DNA of 64,000 bases. Origin: an uncultured archaeon (lineage in GTDB: Archaea > Asgardarchaeota > Lokiarchaeia > Sigyniarchaeales > SOKP01). Below are positions 28,252 to 39,111 of the stretch, one piece after another. The stretch lies in the NCBI GenBank assembly GCA_964486045.1, contig CAZALK010000004.1, positions 128,001 through 192,000 of the forward strand, given 5' to 3'. The notes under the pieces are model-generated. The model ran no database searches. It was given only the letters and a program-made list of their open reading frames with translations, and had not been told where the DNA came from. The translations under genes and the position numbers were made by a program. Every line of letters starts with the position of its first letter. Within the stretch, counting starts at the first letter, position 1.

Positions 28252-29628
28252 TTAGTTAGCTTTGTTTGTTTCTTCAACTCTTGTTGGTTCTTCTTCAGTT
28301 ATTTCTGCTTTAGCTTCTAACTCTCCTTCTAATGGTTTTACTTCCTGAATTTTTATATTTCTAGAACCTAAGAAATTTTGAATATCAGACTCATCTACTT
28401 TATCAGAGTTTAAAGCGCCTCTAATTTCAAGAAATTCTTTAAAATCATTTATTAGAAGAGCTACATCTTCGGGATAAAGCTTTTTTTTCATAATAAAACC
28501 TTTTCTTTCCAAAGAGTGTTCCGCATACCACCAATAGAAGCTAACTGTAATTAAAATTATTAAGAAATTGTTAATAAGATTAATTTGATTCGCGTTTGCG
28601 AATACTCCTGTTAGAGATCCTGCTCCAGTAACCATGATAATCTGACCTGCAATATACAGAAGTGTGAACGCAAAAAGGAAGAATGGAAGATTATTTACTT
28701 TAATAATTATCGAATCATATATTTTATCACCTAAACTCTTTAAAACTAATAATGCAGTTATAATCATGAGTAATATATCTATAAGCCTCGATATTATATC
28801 CATATCAGGTGAACTTTGGATTACACCTTTTAAAGAATTCAAAAAACTGAAAGATCTGAACCATATAACAAGCCATATGAGAATGTAAAACGTTGAAGAA
28901 TAGGAATTAGAGGAACTTATTTTTTTACTCCGGTAAAACAATGTACCCAGACGCCACGAAGTGAAAATTATCACGAGTCCGATAATAAAATTGAATGCAA
29001 TAAATAAAGTTAAATCTTCTGATGTGTTATTAAAATCCTCTAAAAATCCAAAAAAAGTCCCTAACTGGAGTAAAATAGGAATAACCAATGCTAATATAAC
29101 CATTACCAAATCTACTAATTCTTTTGTTTTGCCCATTCCTAATTTATCAAGTATCTTCTCATCTGTAGTAACTGAAAGATTTTCAAAACCAATTTTTAAA
29201 TAAAAAATCTGAATCACATTCCATCCAAAATAGATGACTACGAAAATTACTGGGAGTACTACATCCCAACTTAAAAACTGTATTGCTGATTGAGTAGAAC
29301 TCCCTGCTAAAAAGTAAATTAGTATCAAAACAAAACTAATAAGGAAGTTGACTAAGAAGAATATTAACTTCCTTAGGTCAAATTTTTTTTCTGTTGAAAA
29401 GAGATACTTCTCTAATTGAGGAATTAAGCCTTCAAACATTAAAAATATAAATGTTAGAGAGAAATTGGCAACCAAAAATAAGATAACATTTCCCATAACT
29501 TGACCTGGAATAAAACTCAATAAGGCAATTAATAGGGATGATATTAAAAAAACTGTAGTGTAAAGGAAATGACTATTATTAAAGATTTTATGAAAATTTT
29601 TATCTAAAAATGCTTGAATTTTGCTCAA
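28252..29628 (-). CDS. Hypothetical polytopic membrane protein
   Basis: About 10 TM segments and an acidic cytoplasmic tail. Confidence 0.75.
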   Translation of the reverse strand: MSKIQAFLDKNFHKIFNNSHFLYTTVFLISSLLIALLSFIPGQVMGNVILFLVANFSLTFIFLMFEGLIPQLEKYLFSTEKKFDLRKLIFFLVNFLISFVLILIYFLAGSSTQSAIQFLSWDVVLPVIFVVIYFGWNVIQIFYLKIGFENLSVTTDEKILDKLGMGKTKELVDLVMVILALVIPILLQLGTFFGFLEDFNNTSEDLTLFIAFNFIIGLVIIFTSWRLGTLFYRSKKISSSNSYSSTFYILIWLVIWFRSFSFLNSLKGVIQSSPDMDIISRLIDILLMIITALLVLKSLGDKIYDSIIIKVNNLPFFLFAFTLLYIAGQIIMVTGAGSLTGVFANANQINLINNFLIILITVSFYWWYAEHSLERKGFIMKKKLYPEDVALLINDFKEFLEIRGALNSDKVDESDIQNFLGSRNIKIQEVKPLEGELEAKAEITEEEPTRVEETNKAN

Positions 29629-29992
29629 AATATTATTCGCTCTTTTTAATATAAACGTTAAATTGTGAGTTTTATATCTAAAAAGGTATATAAATCTTCT
29701 TATTGATGGGGAATCTTTAAAAAAAAAACGAGTTGTTAAAATAGGTTTTGAATTTTTTTATTCCTTTTGAGATGTAAAATAGCAAAAATAAAGGACTTTT
29801 ATAAACTCTATAAGTGTTTTCTCTCACTGAAAATATTAAATAATGCAATTTTGGGTTTAGATTTTCTACTTTTCAATGAAAACACTTATAGTTTTACAAA
29901 AAAAACTATTATAATTCATCATGCCTAAAAGTTTATATAGGAATATCCATAATTTCAATATGATATTCTTATTTTGAATGGAATGAAAGGGT

Positions 29993-30289
29993 ATGGTTAG
30001 TAAAGTTAAAAAAGATTTAAAATCTCTCCCCAACTCCAATGTCTTAAAAAAATGTCTAACAGAGTGTGAAAAAGGAGAAGAAGTAATCGTATTATCTGTG
30101 GATGCCGATCTTAAGCAGAAAAGACGTTTAGCTAATTTGGGTATAGTTCCCGGGGCAGAAATTAAAAAAAAAAAAGATGCACCATTTAAAGGACCTTTAG
30201 AAGTCATTGTAAAAGGATCTTCTTTAGTGATCGGGAGAGGACTGGCTTCAAAAATTAAGGTACAATGCGATAAGTCCTGCAACGATTAA
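29993..30289 (+). CDS. feoA: Ferrous iron transport protein A
   Basis: RRLANLGIVPG, APFKGP, LVIGRGLASKI; directly upstream of feoB. Confidence 0.92.
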   Translation: MVSKVKKDLKSLPNSNVLKKCLTECEKGEEVIVLSVDADLKQKRRLANLGIVPGAEIKKKKDAPFKGPLEVIVKGSSLVIGRGLASKIKVQCDKSCND

Positions 30290-30369
30290 ACCAATATGAA
30301 ACAACCTGCCTTTATTAATAAAATTTCAGTTAAGTTTTGAAAACTTTAATTAGTTTATTATTGAGTAAA

Positions 30370-32436
30370 ATGAGTTGTCACTTACCAGAAACGGATTCAA
30401 AGATAAAAAGAAAAAACCATACAGACACAATCAATATAGCATTAGCTGGTAACCCAAACGTAGGAAAATCAGTAATCTTTAATCAGTTGACAGGGCTTAG
30501 TCAAACAATTGGAAATTGGCCAGGTAAAACAGTTGAGAAAAAGGAGGGGTATCTTGACTTTTCAGGGTATCATTTTAACATAGTTGATTTACCAGGGATT
30601 TATTCTCTTTCAACTTATACAATAGAAGAAATTGTAAGTCGGGAATATATCGTTTCTGAAGATGTTGATATCATTATTAACGTAATTGATTCGACAAATT
30701 TAGAAAGGAATTTATTCTTCACTTTTCAATTATTAGATCTCCAAATTCCAATGATTATTGCGATGAATCAAATGGATATTTTAAGAAAACGCAATATTGA
30801 TCTTGATTTTGATTTACTACAAGATCTTTTTAAATTACCTGTTCTTCCTGTTGTTGCTGTTCATGGAACAGGAGTTCATCAACTATTAGAACTAGCTATT
30901 GAAATGGTAAAAACTTCTGAAAATAACACTTTAGCTGAAAATAGTAGAATTCAAACCCCGGAATTATTACAAATTACCACATTTGGAAAAGAGGTTGAAG
31001 AAAAAGTAAGATCATTGCTTCAGAGCATAATGGACAGTCCTACAAAAGATAAAAATAATTTTCATTATTCTCCCCGTTTCTTAGCAATAAAATTATTAGA
31101 GAATGATGAAGAAATTCTAAAGTTACTCAGTATAAATAACGAATTTAAGGAAACTATAATATTAGCTAACGAATATCGAACGCAATTAGAAGATTACCAT
31201 GGAGAGGATATACACACAATTTTATCCTCAGAAATTTATCAAAATATTAATACTATCATTGAAAGCGTAGTGAAAATCAAATCTCACAAGGAATTAAAGA
31301 AAGTTTCAATTGCTGACAAATTAGATCATTTAACCACGCATTCTGTTTTTGGATATGTTATATTAATTTTAGTGTTAATTGGAATTTACATGTTCACTTT
31401 CGCGATTGGAGACTTCCTCGGCAGACTAATTGATGGTTTATATAAAAATTGGAGTGAAGTGATACATTCCGTTTCCGGGGAGAGTAATTTTTTGATCAAT
31501 ATATTCTGGGACGGTGCCGTGGGAGGATTTTTTGGGGGTTTAGCTGGTGTTTTAGTTTATGTTATTCCTTTCTTTTTTGTGATTGAGATTTTACAAGATT
31601 CTGGTTATCTACCACGAGCAGCATTTCTTATGGATAGAATGATGCATGCGATAGGTGTACATGGAAAAACAGTTATTACTATGATTCTTGGGTTTGGGTG
31701 TAACGTTCCAGCGTGTATGGGGTGTCGAATTATGGAGACTGAAAGAGAGAAAAAAATCTCAATAGCTTTAACATCTCTCGTGCCATGTGCTGCAGCGATG
31801 ACTGTAGTTATGGGTTTAGTTGGACGTTATTTAGGTTTAAGTTGGGTTTTAATTCTATTTGTGATTAATTTTTCTGTTATTTTACTTGTTGGCAAGATTT
31901 TAAATAAAATAATGCCTGGAAAGTGTACTGAATTAATTATGGAAATGCATGAGTATAGAATGCCTAACTTCAACGTAATCTTTAAACAAACATGGATGAG
32001 AACAAAGGGATTCATCTTCAGGGCTTTACCGATAATTATTGGTCTAGGGATTTTATTGGAGCTGCTTTTAATTTTTAACATATTAGAACCAATAAATGGT
32101 ATATTATCTCCAATTACGGTGTTTTGGTTAGGGTTACCCGCAGTAACCGGCTTGTTTTTAATTTATGGGATCTTGAGAAAGGAGTTGACATTAGTTCTCT
32201 TATCCTTATTCGCAGCAAACGTTGGATTAACTATATTAGAACTACTCACACCAATTCAAATGATCGTATTTAGTTTGGTGACAATGTTATATGTTCCTTG
32301 TTTTGCGACAATCGTCATTATCGCGAAAAATTCAAGCTGGAAATATGCTTTACAAATCACATTTTTAGAAATTTCAATGGCTTTATTAATAGGTGGGATT
32401 GTCCATTTTGGTTTTATATTATTCTCAAGTGTCTAG
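30370..32436 (+). CDS. feoB: Ferrous iron transport protein B
   Basis: GNPNVGKS, GNWPGKTVE, DLPGIYSL, DSGYLPR, GFGCNVP, LYVPC. Confidence 0.96.
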   Translation: MSCHLPETDSKIKRKNHTDTINIALAGNPNVGKSVIFNQLTGLSQTIGNWPGKTVEKKEGYLDFSGYHFNIVDLPGIYSLSTYTIEEIVSREYIVSEDVDIIINVIDSTNLERNLFFTFQLLDLQIPMIIAMNQMDILRKRNIDLDFDLLQDLFKLPVLPVVAVHGTGVHQLLELAIEMVKTSENNTLAENSRIQTPELLQITTFGKEVEEKVRSLLQSIMDSPTKDKNNFHYSPRFLAIKLLENDEEILKLLSINNEFKETIILANEYRTQLEDYHGEDIHTILSSEIYQNINTIIESVVKIKSHKELKKVSIADKLDHLTTHSVFGYVILILVLIGIYMFTFAIGDFLGRLIDGLYKNWSEVIHSVSGESNFLINIFWDGAVGGFFGGLAGVLVYVIPFFFVIEILQDSGYLPRAAFLMDRMMHAIGVHGKTVITMILGFGCNVPACMGCRIMETEREKKISIALTSLVPCAAAMTVVMGLVGRYLGLSWVLILFVINFSVILLVGKILNKIMPGKCTELIMEMHEYRMPNFNVIFKQTWMRTKGFIFRALPIIIGLGILLELLLIFNILEPINGILSPITVFWLGLPAVTGLFLIYGILRKELTLVLLSLFAANVGLTILELLTPIQMIVFSLVTMLYVPCFATIVIIAKNSSWKYALQITFLEISMALLIGGIVHFGFILFSSV

Positions 32437-32517
32437 ATCCTGGAAGAAAAAATTAATTGAAACCAATGTTGGCAGTCTTAGAAATAAATTTTAGAAACAT
32501 AAGAAATAAGTAACTAT

Positions 32518-33264
32518 ATGAAAATTTGTTTTTTAGGAACAAATGGTTGGTATTCAACGGCTTTAGGGAATACTGTTTGTATTCTTATTGAAACGAAAAC
32601 TCACTATATAATTTTAGATGCGGGAGATGGATTTCATAAAATTGATCAATATATTGACAATAAAAAGCCAATTATTCTAATTCTTAGCCATCTCCATCTG
32701 GATCATATAATAGGGCTTCATTCATTGGCAAAGTTTCGTTTTAATCAGAAAATAGACCTATATGGATATAAAGGAACAAAGAAGGGAATAGGAAATATCA
32801 TCAAACATCCTTATTCCTCGCCTATAGCTGGTTTACCCTTAAATTTTCAGATTAATGAATTGAAAGAAGGAAATCATAATATTGGATTCCCAATAACATG
32901 CAAGCTTTTGGTCCATGCTGATCCCTGTTTAGGTTATAGAATGCAGATCGAAAATAAAATAATTACTTATTGTACAGATACAGGATTGTGTGATAACATG
33001 TATGAACTTGCAAAAGGTGCGGATTTACTGATAACAGAATGTTCTTATAAACCAGGTCAAGAAGAATGGGGATGGCCACATCTTAAACCAGTAGATGCTG
33101 CTGATGTTGCTGTGAAATCAAGCGCAAAAAAGTTAATCCTCACTCATTTTGATGCCAGCACTTATTTAACAATACAAGAACGGAAAGAAGCCGAGGAAAT
33201 TGCTAGAAAGATATTTAAAAATACATTTGCGGCATCAGATGGCTTAGAAATAATGATTCAATAA
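32518..33264 (+). CDS. Metallo-beta-lactamase fold hydrolase, RNase Z-like
   Basis: FLGT, DAGDG, SHLHLDH, TDTG, LTHF. Confidence 0.88.
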   Translation: MKICFLGTNGWYSTALGNTVCILIETKTHYIILDAGDGFHKIDQYIDNKKPIILILSHLHLDHIIGLHSLAKFRFNQKIDLYGYKGTKKGIGNIIKHPYSSPIAGLPLNFQINELKEGNHNIGFPITCKLLVHADPCLGYRMQIENKIITYCTDTGLCDNMYELAKGADLLITECSYKPGQEEWGWPHLKPVDAADVAVKSSAKKLILTHFDASTYLTIQERKEAEEIARKIFKNTFAASDGLEIMIQ

Positions 33265-33418
33265 ATTTTTTTAAATCTTCAAGTGTTAAAAAAAAAGAAA
33301 AAAGATGTAATGATAAAATAGTGTTAAACTTTCAAAAGGCCATCATAGGCTTTTCTTTTTTTATTAGTTACACTATTAAATTTTCATTTTTTTATAATTT
33401 ATACAAATTAGTGGAAGT

Positions 33419-33778
33419 TTATTCTTTATTTTGAATTATAACGTGTAAATTTTTTTCGATTTCATCAATTTCTTTTGAACCTGGCTCTAAAATATACACT
33501 GTCTCTTTATTTTTTTCTTGAAGTATAATCATACCCGATCCCTTCACTCTGTCATTAATATAAATGTCCCTATTTTTTATGGCTTCTCTTAAGGTCGAGG
33601 TTATTTTATCATATTGTTGTTCGGAGATTTCTTTCTTGATATAATCTCCCCCGTCATAAATTCCGCTTGAACTTTGTAAAGGTTTTACGGGGTTATATTC
33701 TATCGTGATTTTAGCTTCATTATTGATAATGTATTCATTCCCACTTCCATCAAGATACCTACAAATATTTAAGTCCAT
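33419..33778 (-). CDS. Hypothetical protein
   Basis: 119-aa ORF (YLDGSGNEY..SSGIYDGG) downstream of the hydrolase cluster. Confidence 0.65.
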   Translation of the reverse strand: MDLNICRYLDGSGNEYIINNEAKITIEYNPVKPLQSSSGIYDGGDYIKKEISEQQYDKITSTLREAIKNRDIYINDRVKGSGMIILQEKNKETVYILEPGSKEIDEIEKNLHVIIQNKE

Positions 33779-33850
33779 TTATCGTTCACACCATGCTTGA
33801 AAAAATTAAAAAAAGGGTTACTAATGATTAGAATAAAGAAGTTTTTAAGG

Positions 33851-34732
33851 TTAAGCTTTTGCGGCGTTTACACTAATCGCGTCACTTATTTGAGTCCATG
33901 TTTCAGGAGGTAAACTATGCCCCATTCCATCTATAACTATTAATTCGGATCCAGGTATTGCTTCATGTGTATCCTTACCACCTTCAAGAGGTACAAGGGG
34001 GTCATCACCGCCATGAATTACAAGTGTTGGGACTGTTACTGATGATAATTTTGGTTTTCTATTTCCATTTGCCATGATTGCGAGTAGTTGTCGACCAAAT
34101 CCCGGTGGATAGTAACACCTATCATAAGCTTTACCCGTAAGTTCACGTGCTCTTTCTTCATTATATGGGAACCCAGAACCATAGAGTAACTTTCCCGTTT
34201 TTACAGCATTTTCAATATAAGCCTCACGTTCTGGAGGAACTGGCGTTGTAAGTAATTGTAATATTTCTGGCTTTGCTGGTGGAAGATCAGGATTCCCAGT
34301 TGAACTCATAATTGAACATAGGCTTATAACACGGGTTGGGTGCCGGAACGCTATAACTTGTACAATCATACCACCCATTGATGCCCCACAAATATGAGCC
34401 TTTTCAATATTTAATGCATCTAAAAGTCCAACAGCATCATCTGCCATATCTTCCAGCGAATACGGCGCTTCTATTGTTCCTCCAGCTTGAGCGGCCATAA
34501 AGGCTTGTATTAAATTTGGTTCACCTGCTTCCTCACACTTTGTTGATAAACCAACATCCCTATTATCAAATCTTATTACATAAAAACCACGATCTACTAA
34601 ATGTTGGATAAATCTTTCATCCCAGCCAATCATCTGAGTACCTAAACCCATTACTAAGAGTAATGGTTTATCTGAAGTGTTTCCAAAAATTTCATATTCA
34701 ATTTCAATATCATTTGCTTTTGTTTTTGGCAT
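33851..34732 (-). CDS. Alpha/beta hydrolase (esterase), paralog 1
   Basis: FDNRDVGLS, GASMGG, HGGDDPL, GMGH; start MPKTKAND set by alignment with paralogs. Confidence 0.92.
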   Translation of the reverse strand: MPKTKANDIEIEYEIFGNTSDKPLLLVMGLGTQMIGWDERFIQHLVDRGFYVIRFDNRDVGLSTKCEEAGEPNLIQAFMAAQAGGTIEAPYSLEDMADDAVGLLDALNIEKAHICGASMGGMIVQVIAFRHPTRVISLCSIMSSTGNPDLPPAKPEILQLLTTPVPPEREAYIENAVKTGKLLYGSGFPYNEERARELTGKAYDRCYYPPGFGRQLLAIMANGNRKPKLSSVTVPTLVIHGGDDPLVPLEGGKDTHEAIPGSELIVIDGMGHSLPPETWTQISDAISVNAAKA

Positions 34733-34852
34733 ATTTATCAATTTAAAATACAATTTTAATGTACTTTCTAAATATTCAAAAATTTTTAAATTTTCACAAA
34801 TAAGAGTAAATCGCAATCCGATGTTTTCGTACAAATCACTTAATAATAAATA

Positions 34853-35743
34853 TTATTTTTGGATTTCAGCTTTCGTTGCAATCTTAGCTATTGCATCAGA
34901 TATTTGAACCCATGCCTCAATAGGTATACTATGCCCCATTCCCTCTACAATAATTAATTCTGATCCAGAAATAGCATCGTGAGTGTCTTGACCACCTTCA
35001 ACAGGTATAACAGGGTCATCAGCACCATGGATTACAAGTGTAGGAATTCTAATGGAAGACAATTTTGATTTCCTATTTCCATTTACCATTATTGCTAGTG
35101 ATTGTCGTCCAATCCCGGGAGGATAAAAAGATCTATCAAAAAATCTTCCCGCAATTTCACGATTTTTAGCTTCATCATAGGGGAATGAACCATAAAGTAA
35201 GCGTCTGAGTTTTACATAATATTTAATATATCCCTCCCGCTCTGAAGGTGCAGGAGTCATCATGACTTTGCCTACTTCCGGATCCCCTCGTGGAATATCT
35301 GGGTTCCCTGTTGTACTCATAATTGATGTAAGGCTTAATACGTGGGTAGGGTGCTTTAAACCTAATAATTGTACAATCATCCCACCCATTGAAACTCCAC
35401 AAATATGTGCCTTTTCAATATTTAGAGCATCTAGAAGTCCAACAGCATCATTAGCCATATCTTCTAGCGTGTACGGAGGTTCAAATGGTTCTCCTGCTTG
35501 AATAGCTAGGTATGCCTGCATCATATCTGGTTCACCTGCTTCTTCACACTTTGTTGATAAACCAACATCCCTATTATCAAATCGAACTACAAAAAAACCA
35601 CGGTCTACTAAACATTGGATAAACCCTTCATCCCAATTAATCATTTGACTTCCTAAACCATTTATTAAAAGTAATGGATTATCTGAAGCGTTTCCAAAGG
35701 TTTCATATTCAATTTCAATATTATTTGTTTGTGCTTTCGGCAT
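34853..35743 (-). CDS. Alpha/beta hydrolase (esterase), paralog 2
   Basis: FDNRDVGLS, GVSMGG, HGADDP, GMGH. Confidence 0.92.
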   Translation of the reverse strand: MPKAQTNNIEIEYETFGNASDNPLLLINGLGSQMINWDEGFIQCLVDRGFFVVRFDNRDVGLSTKCEEAGEPDMMQAYLAIQAGEPFEPPYTLEDMANDAVGLLDALNIEKAHICGVSMGGMIVQLLGLKHPTHVLSLTSIMSTTGNPDIPRGDPEVGKVMMTPAPSEREGYIKYYVKLRRLLYGSFPYDEAKNREIAGRFFDRSFYPPGIGRQSLAIMVNGNRKSKLSSIRIPTLVIHGADDPVIPVEGGQDTHDAISGSELIIVEGMGHSIPIEAWVQISDAIAKIATKAEIQK

Positions 35744-35773
35744 TATTATTCCTCATATATTTTGATATTAAAT

Positions 35774-36655
35774 TTAGGCTTTCACTGCGTTCTTAGCAAT
35801 TGCATCAGATATACGATCCCAAGTTTCAGGAGGTAAACTGTGACCCATTCCCTCGATAATTAATAACTCAGATCCTTGTATTGTTTCAGCTATTTCTTTT
35901 CCACATTCAACGGGGTAAAGCAAATCTTCTCTCCCATGTATTACCAAAGTGGGTACTTTTATTACAGAAATCTTTTCCTTCAAATTTCCCTGTACCATAA
36001 TCGCCATCATCTGTCGCTGAATCCCTTGGGGGTAAAAACTTCTGTCAAAAGATTTCGCTACAATAGTACGTCTTCTTTCCTCATCAAAAGGAAATCCTGA
36101 TCCATATACAAATTTACCGACCTTTATTTGATTTTCAATTTGAGCATCACGCTCAGGAGGTACCGGACTCATAAAAACTACTGCTGTTTCTTGAGTCATT
36201 TGAGGGAGGTCGGGATTATTAGTGGTACTCATAATACAAGTGAGGCTTAATACTCTGGAGGGATGTCTATAAGCTATAGATTGAGCAATCATTCCCCCCA
36301 CGGAAACTCCGCAAATATGAGCTTGTTTAAATCCTAATACATCCAGGAGTCCTACAGAATCATCTGCCATGTCATCAATTGAGTATGGTGCTTTAATTGG
36401 TTCCCCTTGCTGAAAAGCCATCATAGCTCCCATTAAATCTGGCTCACCAGCTTCATCACATTTAGTTGATAATCCAACATCCCTGTTATCAAATATAATT
36501 ACACAAAATCTTCGATCTGTAAAACTTTTTATAAAACCTTCATCCCAAGAACTCAATTGGTCACCTAATCCCATAATTAGTAGTAACGGCTTATCTGAAG
36601 GATCCCCGAAGGTTTCATATTCAATTTCAATATTATTAGCTTTTGCTTTCGGCAT
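35774..36655 (-). CDS. Alpha/beta hydrolase (esterase), paralog 3
   Basis: FDNRDVGLS, GVSVGG, HGRED, GMGH. Confidence 0.92.
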   Translation of the reverse strand: MPKAKANNIEIEYETFGDPSDKPLLLIMGLGDQLSSWDEGFIKSFTDRRFCVIIFDNRDVGLSTKCDEAGEPDLMGAMMAFQQGEPIKAPYSIDDMADDSVGLLDVLGFKQAHICGVSVGGMIAQSIAYRHPSRVLSLTCIMSTTNNPDLPQMTQETAVVFMSPVPPERDAQIENQIKVGKFVYGSGFPFDEERRRTIVAKSFDRSFYPQGIQRQMMAIMVQGNLKEKISVIKVPTLVIHGREDLLYPVECGKEIAETIQGSELLIIEGMGHSLPPETWDRISDAIAKNAVKA

Positions 36656-36748
36656 TTTTTTTGCCTTAAAAAACATTATGATTTAAGTTTTAAATCATTA
36701 ACAACTTTTATTTTTAATTAATAAATAGGTATAAAGAGTAGAAATGTT

Positions 36749-37588
36749 GTGAGTATAGAAGACAAAATTTGTATCATCACCGGAGCTAATTCTGGGATAG
36801 GTAAAGCTACTACTCTTGGTTTAGCTAAAATGAATGCTGTGGTCGTAATGCTATGTCGTAGTAAAGAGGCTGGGGAAGAAGCCCAAAAAGAAATTATCGG
36901 TGAATCTGGGAATAATAGAGTAGATTTGTTTTTATGTGACTTGTCATCTCAAGAGCAAATTCGTAGGGTTGTAGATGAGTTTAACCAGAAATACAAAACC
37001 TTACATGTTTTAATAAACAATGCGGGAGTTATGGCTGCTAAGCGAAAATTATCTGTTGATGGGTTTGAAATGAATTTTGCTGTGAATCACCTTGCACCTT
37101 TTTTATTAACGAATTTATTACTCGACGTATTAAAAAAGAGCGTTCCGAGTAGAATTATAAACGTTAGTTCAGGTGCGCATAAAATGGCAAAAATAGATTT
37201 TGACGATCTTCAGAGTGAAAATAAGAAACATCGCTTATTTAAAGTGTATGGTATTTCTAAACTGGCACTTATGCTAACTTCTTATGAATTAAGCAGGAGA
37301 TTGGACGGAACTGGAGTTACTGTTAATATAGTTCACCCAGGGGTTGTGAAAACTAATTTAGGCAGAGATATGTCAAAAATCGGAAGAGGATTTGGCAAAC
37401 TCTTTTTTAAAAATCCTGAAAAAGGAGCTGAAACTTCTATTTATTTAGCAACTTCACCAGAAGTGGAGGGAATAACCGGAAAATATTATGTAAAAAAACA
37501 ACAACGAAATTCTTCTGAAGAATCTTATAATGAAGAATATGCTAAAAGGTTATGGGACATCAGTACAGAATTAACAAAGTTAAAATAA
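36749..37588 (+). CDS. SDR oxidoreductase (retinol dehydrogenase-like)
   Basis: TGANSGIG, DLSS, NNAG, VNHLAPFLLT, YGISK, HPGVV. Confidence 0.93.
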   Translation: MSIEDKICIITGANSGIGKATTLGLAKMNAVVVMLCRSKEAGEEAQKEIIGESGNNRVDLFLCDLSSQEQIRRVVDEFNQKYKTLHVLINNAGVMAAKRKLSVDGFEMNFAVNHLAPFLLTNLLLDVLKKSVPSRIINVSSGAHKMAKIDFDDLQSENKKHRLFKVYGISKLALMLTSYELSRRLDGTGVTVNIVHPGVVKTNLGRDMSKIGRGFGKLFFKNPEKGAETSIYLATSPEVEGITGKYYVKKQQRNSSEESYNEEYAKRLWDISTELTKLK

Positions 37589-37686
37589 CATATAGAAAAC
37601 TTGAGAAATTAACTTGCAAATGAAATTTTATATGTTTTCTTTTATTTTCTATTCCATATTTTCTAAAAAATGTCAAGGAAATTATC

Positions 37687-39042
37687 ATGCAATCCGAAGA
37701 TTATCCTAGTGAAGAAGAACATGAAGAACAACTGAAGCAATATCAAATAAACCCTAACCGTGCTATGTTTACCCTTATTCTCAGTATTCTTGTTGATGTA
37801 TTTGGCTTTAGCATGGTTCTCCCATTATTACCCAGTCTAGCGATATCGTTTGGTGCAGATAACCTTATGTATGGTATTATTCTTTCCTCTAATGCTATTG
37901 CTGCATTAATTTTTGGCCCCTTATGGGGTAAGTTAAGTGATAGATACGGTCATAAACCGATCTTGATGATTTCTCAAGCTGGTACAGGGCTTGCATTTCT
38001 ATTATTAGCCTTTTCTAATTCTCTTTATATAATTTTTGCGGGTCGTATTTTAGATGGAATTTTCAGTGGGCAATTTCCAATTATACGAGCATATATCTCT
38101 GATGTGTCAACCCCACAAACACGAGCTTCACAAATGAGTAAGATCATGGTGGGATATACCTCTGGAATGATTATAGGACCTCTATTAGGTGGATTTTTAG
38201 GTACTTTTGGATGGTCGTATCCAATGATATTCGCAAGTTTCCTCTCAATTATTTCGATTATTTTAACTTCAACAGTTTTAATCGAAAGCATGCCACGGGA
38301 AAGAATAAAAGATTTGAAAGCCGAACGGCAATTAAAAATAGATTCTCCTGACGGTAAACAAAGTATTTGGAGTGGAGAAGTTGGCATTCGTTTAGTTCAG
38401 GTTTTCTTACAATCTTTAATTTCCATCATCTTTAGCTCCAGTTTATCCTTAATCCTTTTTAGGAGATTTAATGCGAGCCCATCGATAATTGGAACAATAA
38501 TGTCAATAACTGGTGTTATCCTATTGACTTATGGGTTATTTTTAATGAGACGAGTTCTTCAGAAAATAGGGGAAAAACGAATTTTATTTTCCTGCATTAT
38601 TGGTTATGTTGTATTATTCATTATTTATCCTTATTTAAATGAACTTTGGATGGTTTATGTATTTATGGTGCCATATGCATTTTGTATGGCCTCTGTTTAC
38701 CCACTTATTTCTAGTAATATAACTAAAGCAGTAGGCCCGGATAAACAAGGAACTATTAGTGGATGGACTACAAATGTTCAATCGATCTCTCAAACTGTTA
38801 GTCCGCTAATATCAACCGGTTTTTTACAGATTGGTGGATTGACATTTGGCTTAATATTTATAAACGCCTATCAATTAATTGGTTTTACAATCGTGATTTT
38901 AGCTGTGATACTATTAACAATTGCCTTTATTGATGTAAAGAAACATCCTAGACTTTATGCGTATGAGAAAATAAGACGAAAAAGAAAAGAAGTAACGAAA
39001 AGAAATTTAGAAAAGAAGAGAGAGGAGCAAACCAAAATCTAA
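37687..39042 (+). CDS. MFS transporter (TetA/DHA1-like)
   Basis: GKLSDRYGHKP, GRILDG, GPLLGG; 12 TM. Confidence 0.92.
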   Translation: MQSEDYPSEEEHEEQLKQYQINPNRAMFTLILSILVDVFGFSMVLPLLPSLAISFGADNLMYGIILSSNAIAALIFGPLWGKLSDRYGHKPILMISQAGTGLAFLLLAFSNSLYIIFAGRILDGIFSGQFPIIRAYISDVSTPQTRASQMSKIMVGYTSGMIIGPLLGGFLGTFGWSYPMIFASFLSIISIILTSTVLIESMPRERIKDLKAERQLKIDSPDGKQSIWSGEVGIRLVQVFLQSLISIIFSSSLSLILFRRFNASPSIIGTIMSITGVILLTYGLFLMRRVLQKIGEKRILFSCIIGYVVLFIIYPYLNELWMVYVFMVPYAFCMASVYPLISSNITKAVGPDKQGTISGWTTNVQSISQTVSPLISTGFLQIGGLTFGLIFINAYQLIGFTIVILAVILLTIAFIDVKKHPRLYAYEKIRRKRKEVTKRNLEKKREEQTKI

Positions 39043-39111
39043 AGATAAAGTAAATCTTTATCTAGTTCAATGTTGAAACTCATATTTATTCTGTGTAATT
39101 CTAAGATTCGA

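Noticed and set aside
29840-29940. DtxR/Fur iron box upstream of feoA
   Set aside because: Only half-site-like sequence (GCCTAAAA); no convincing palindrome
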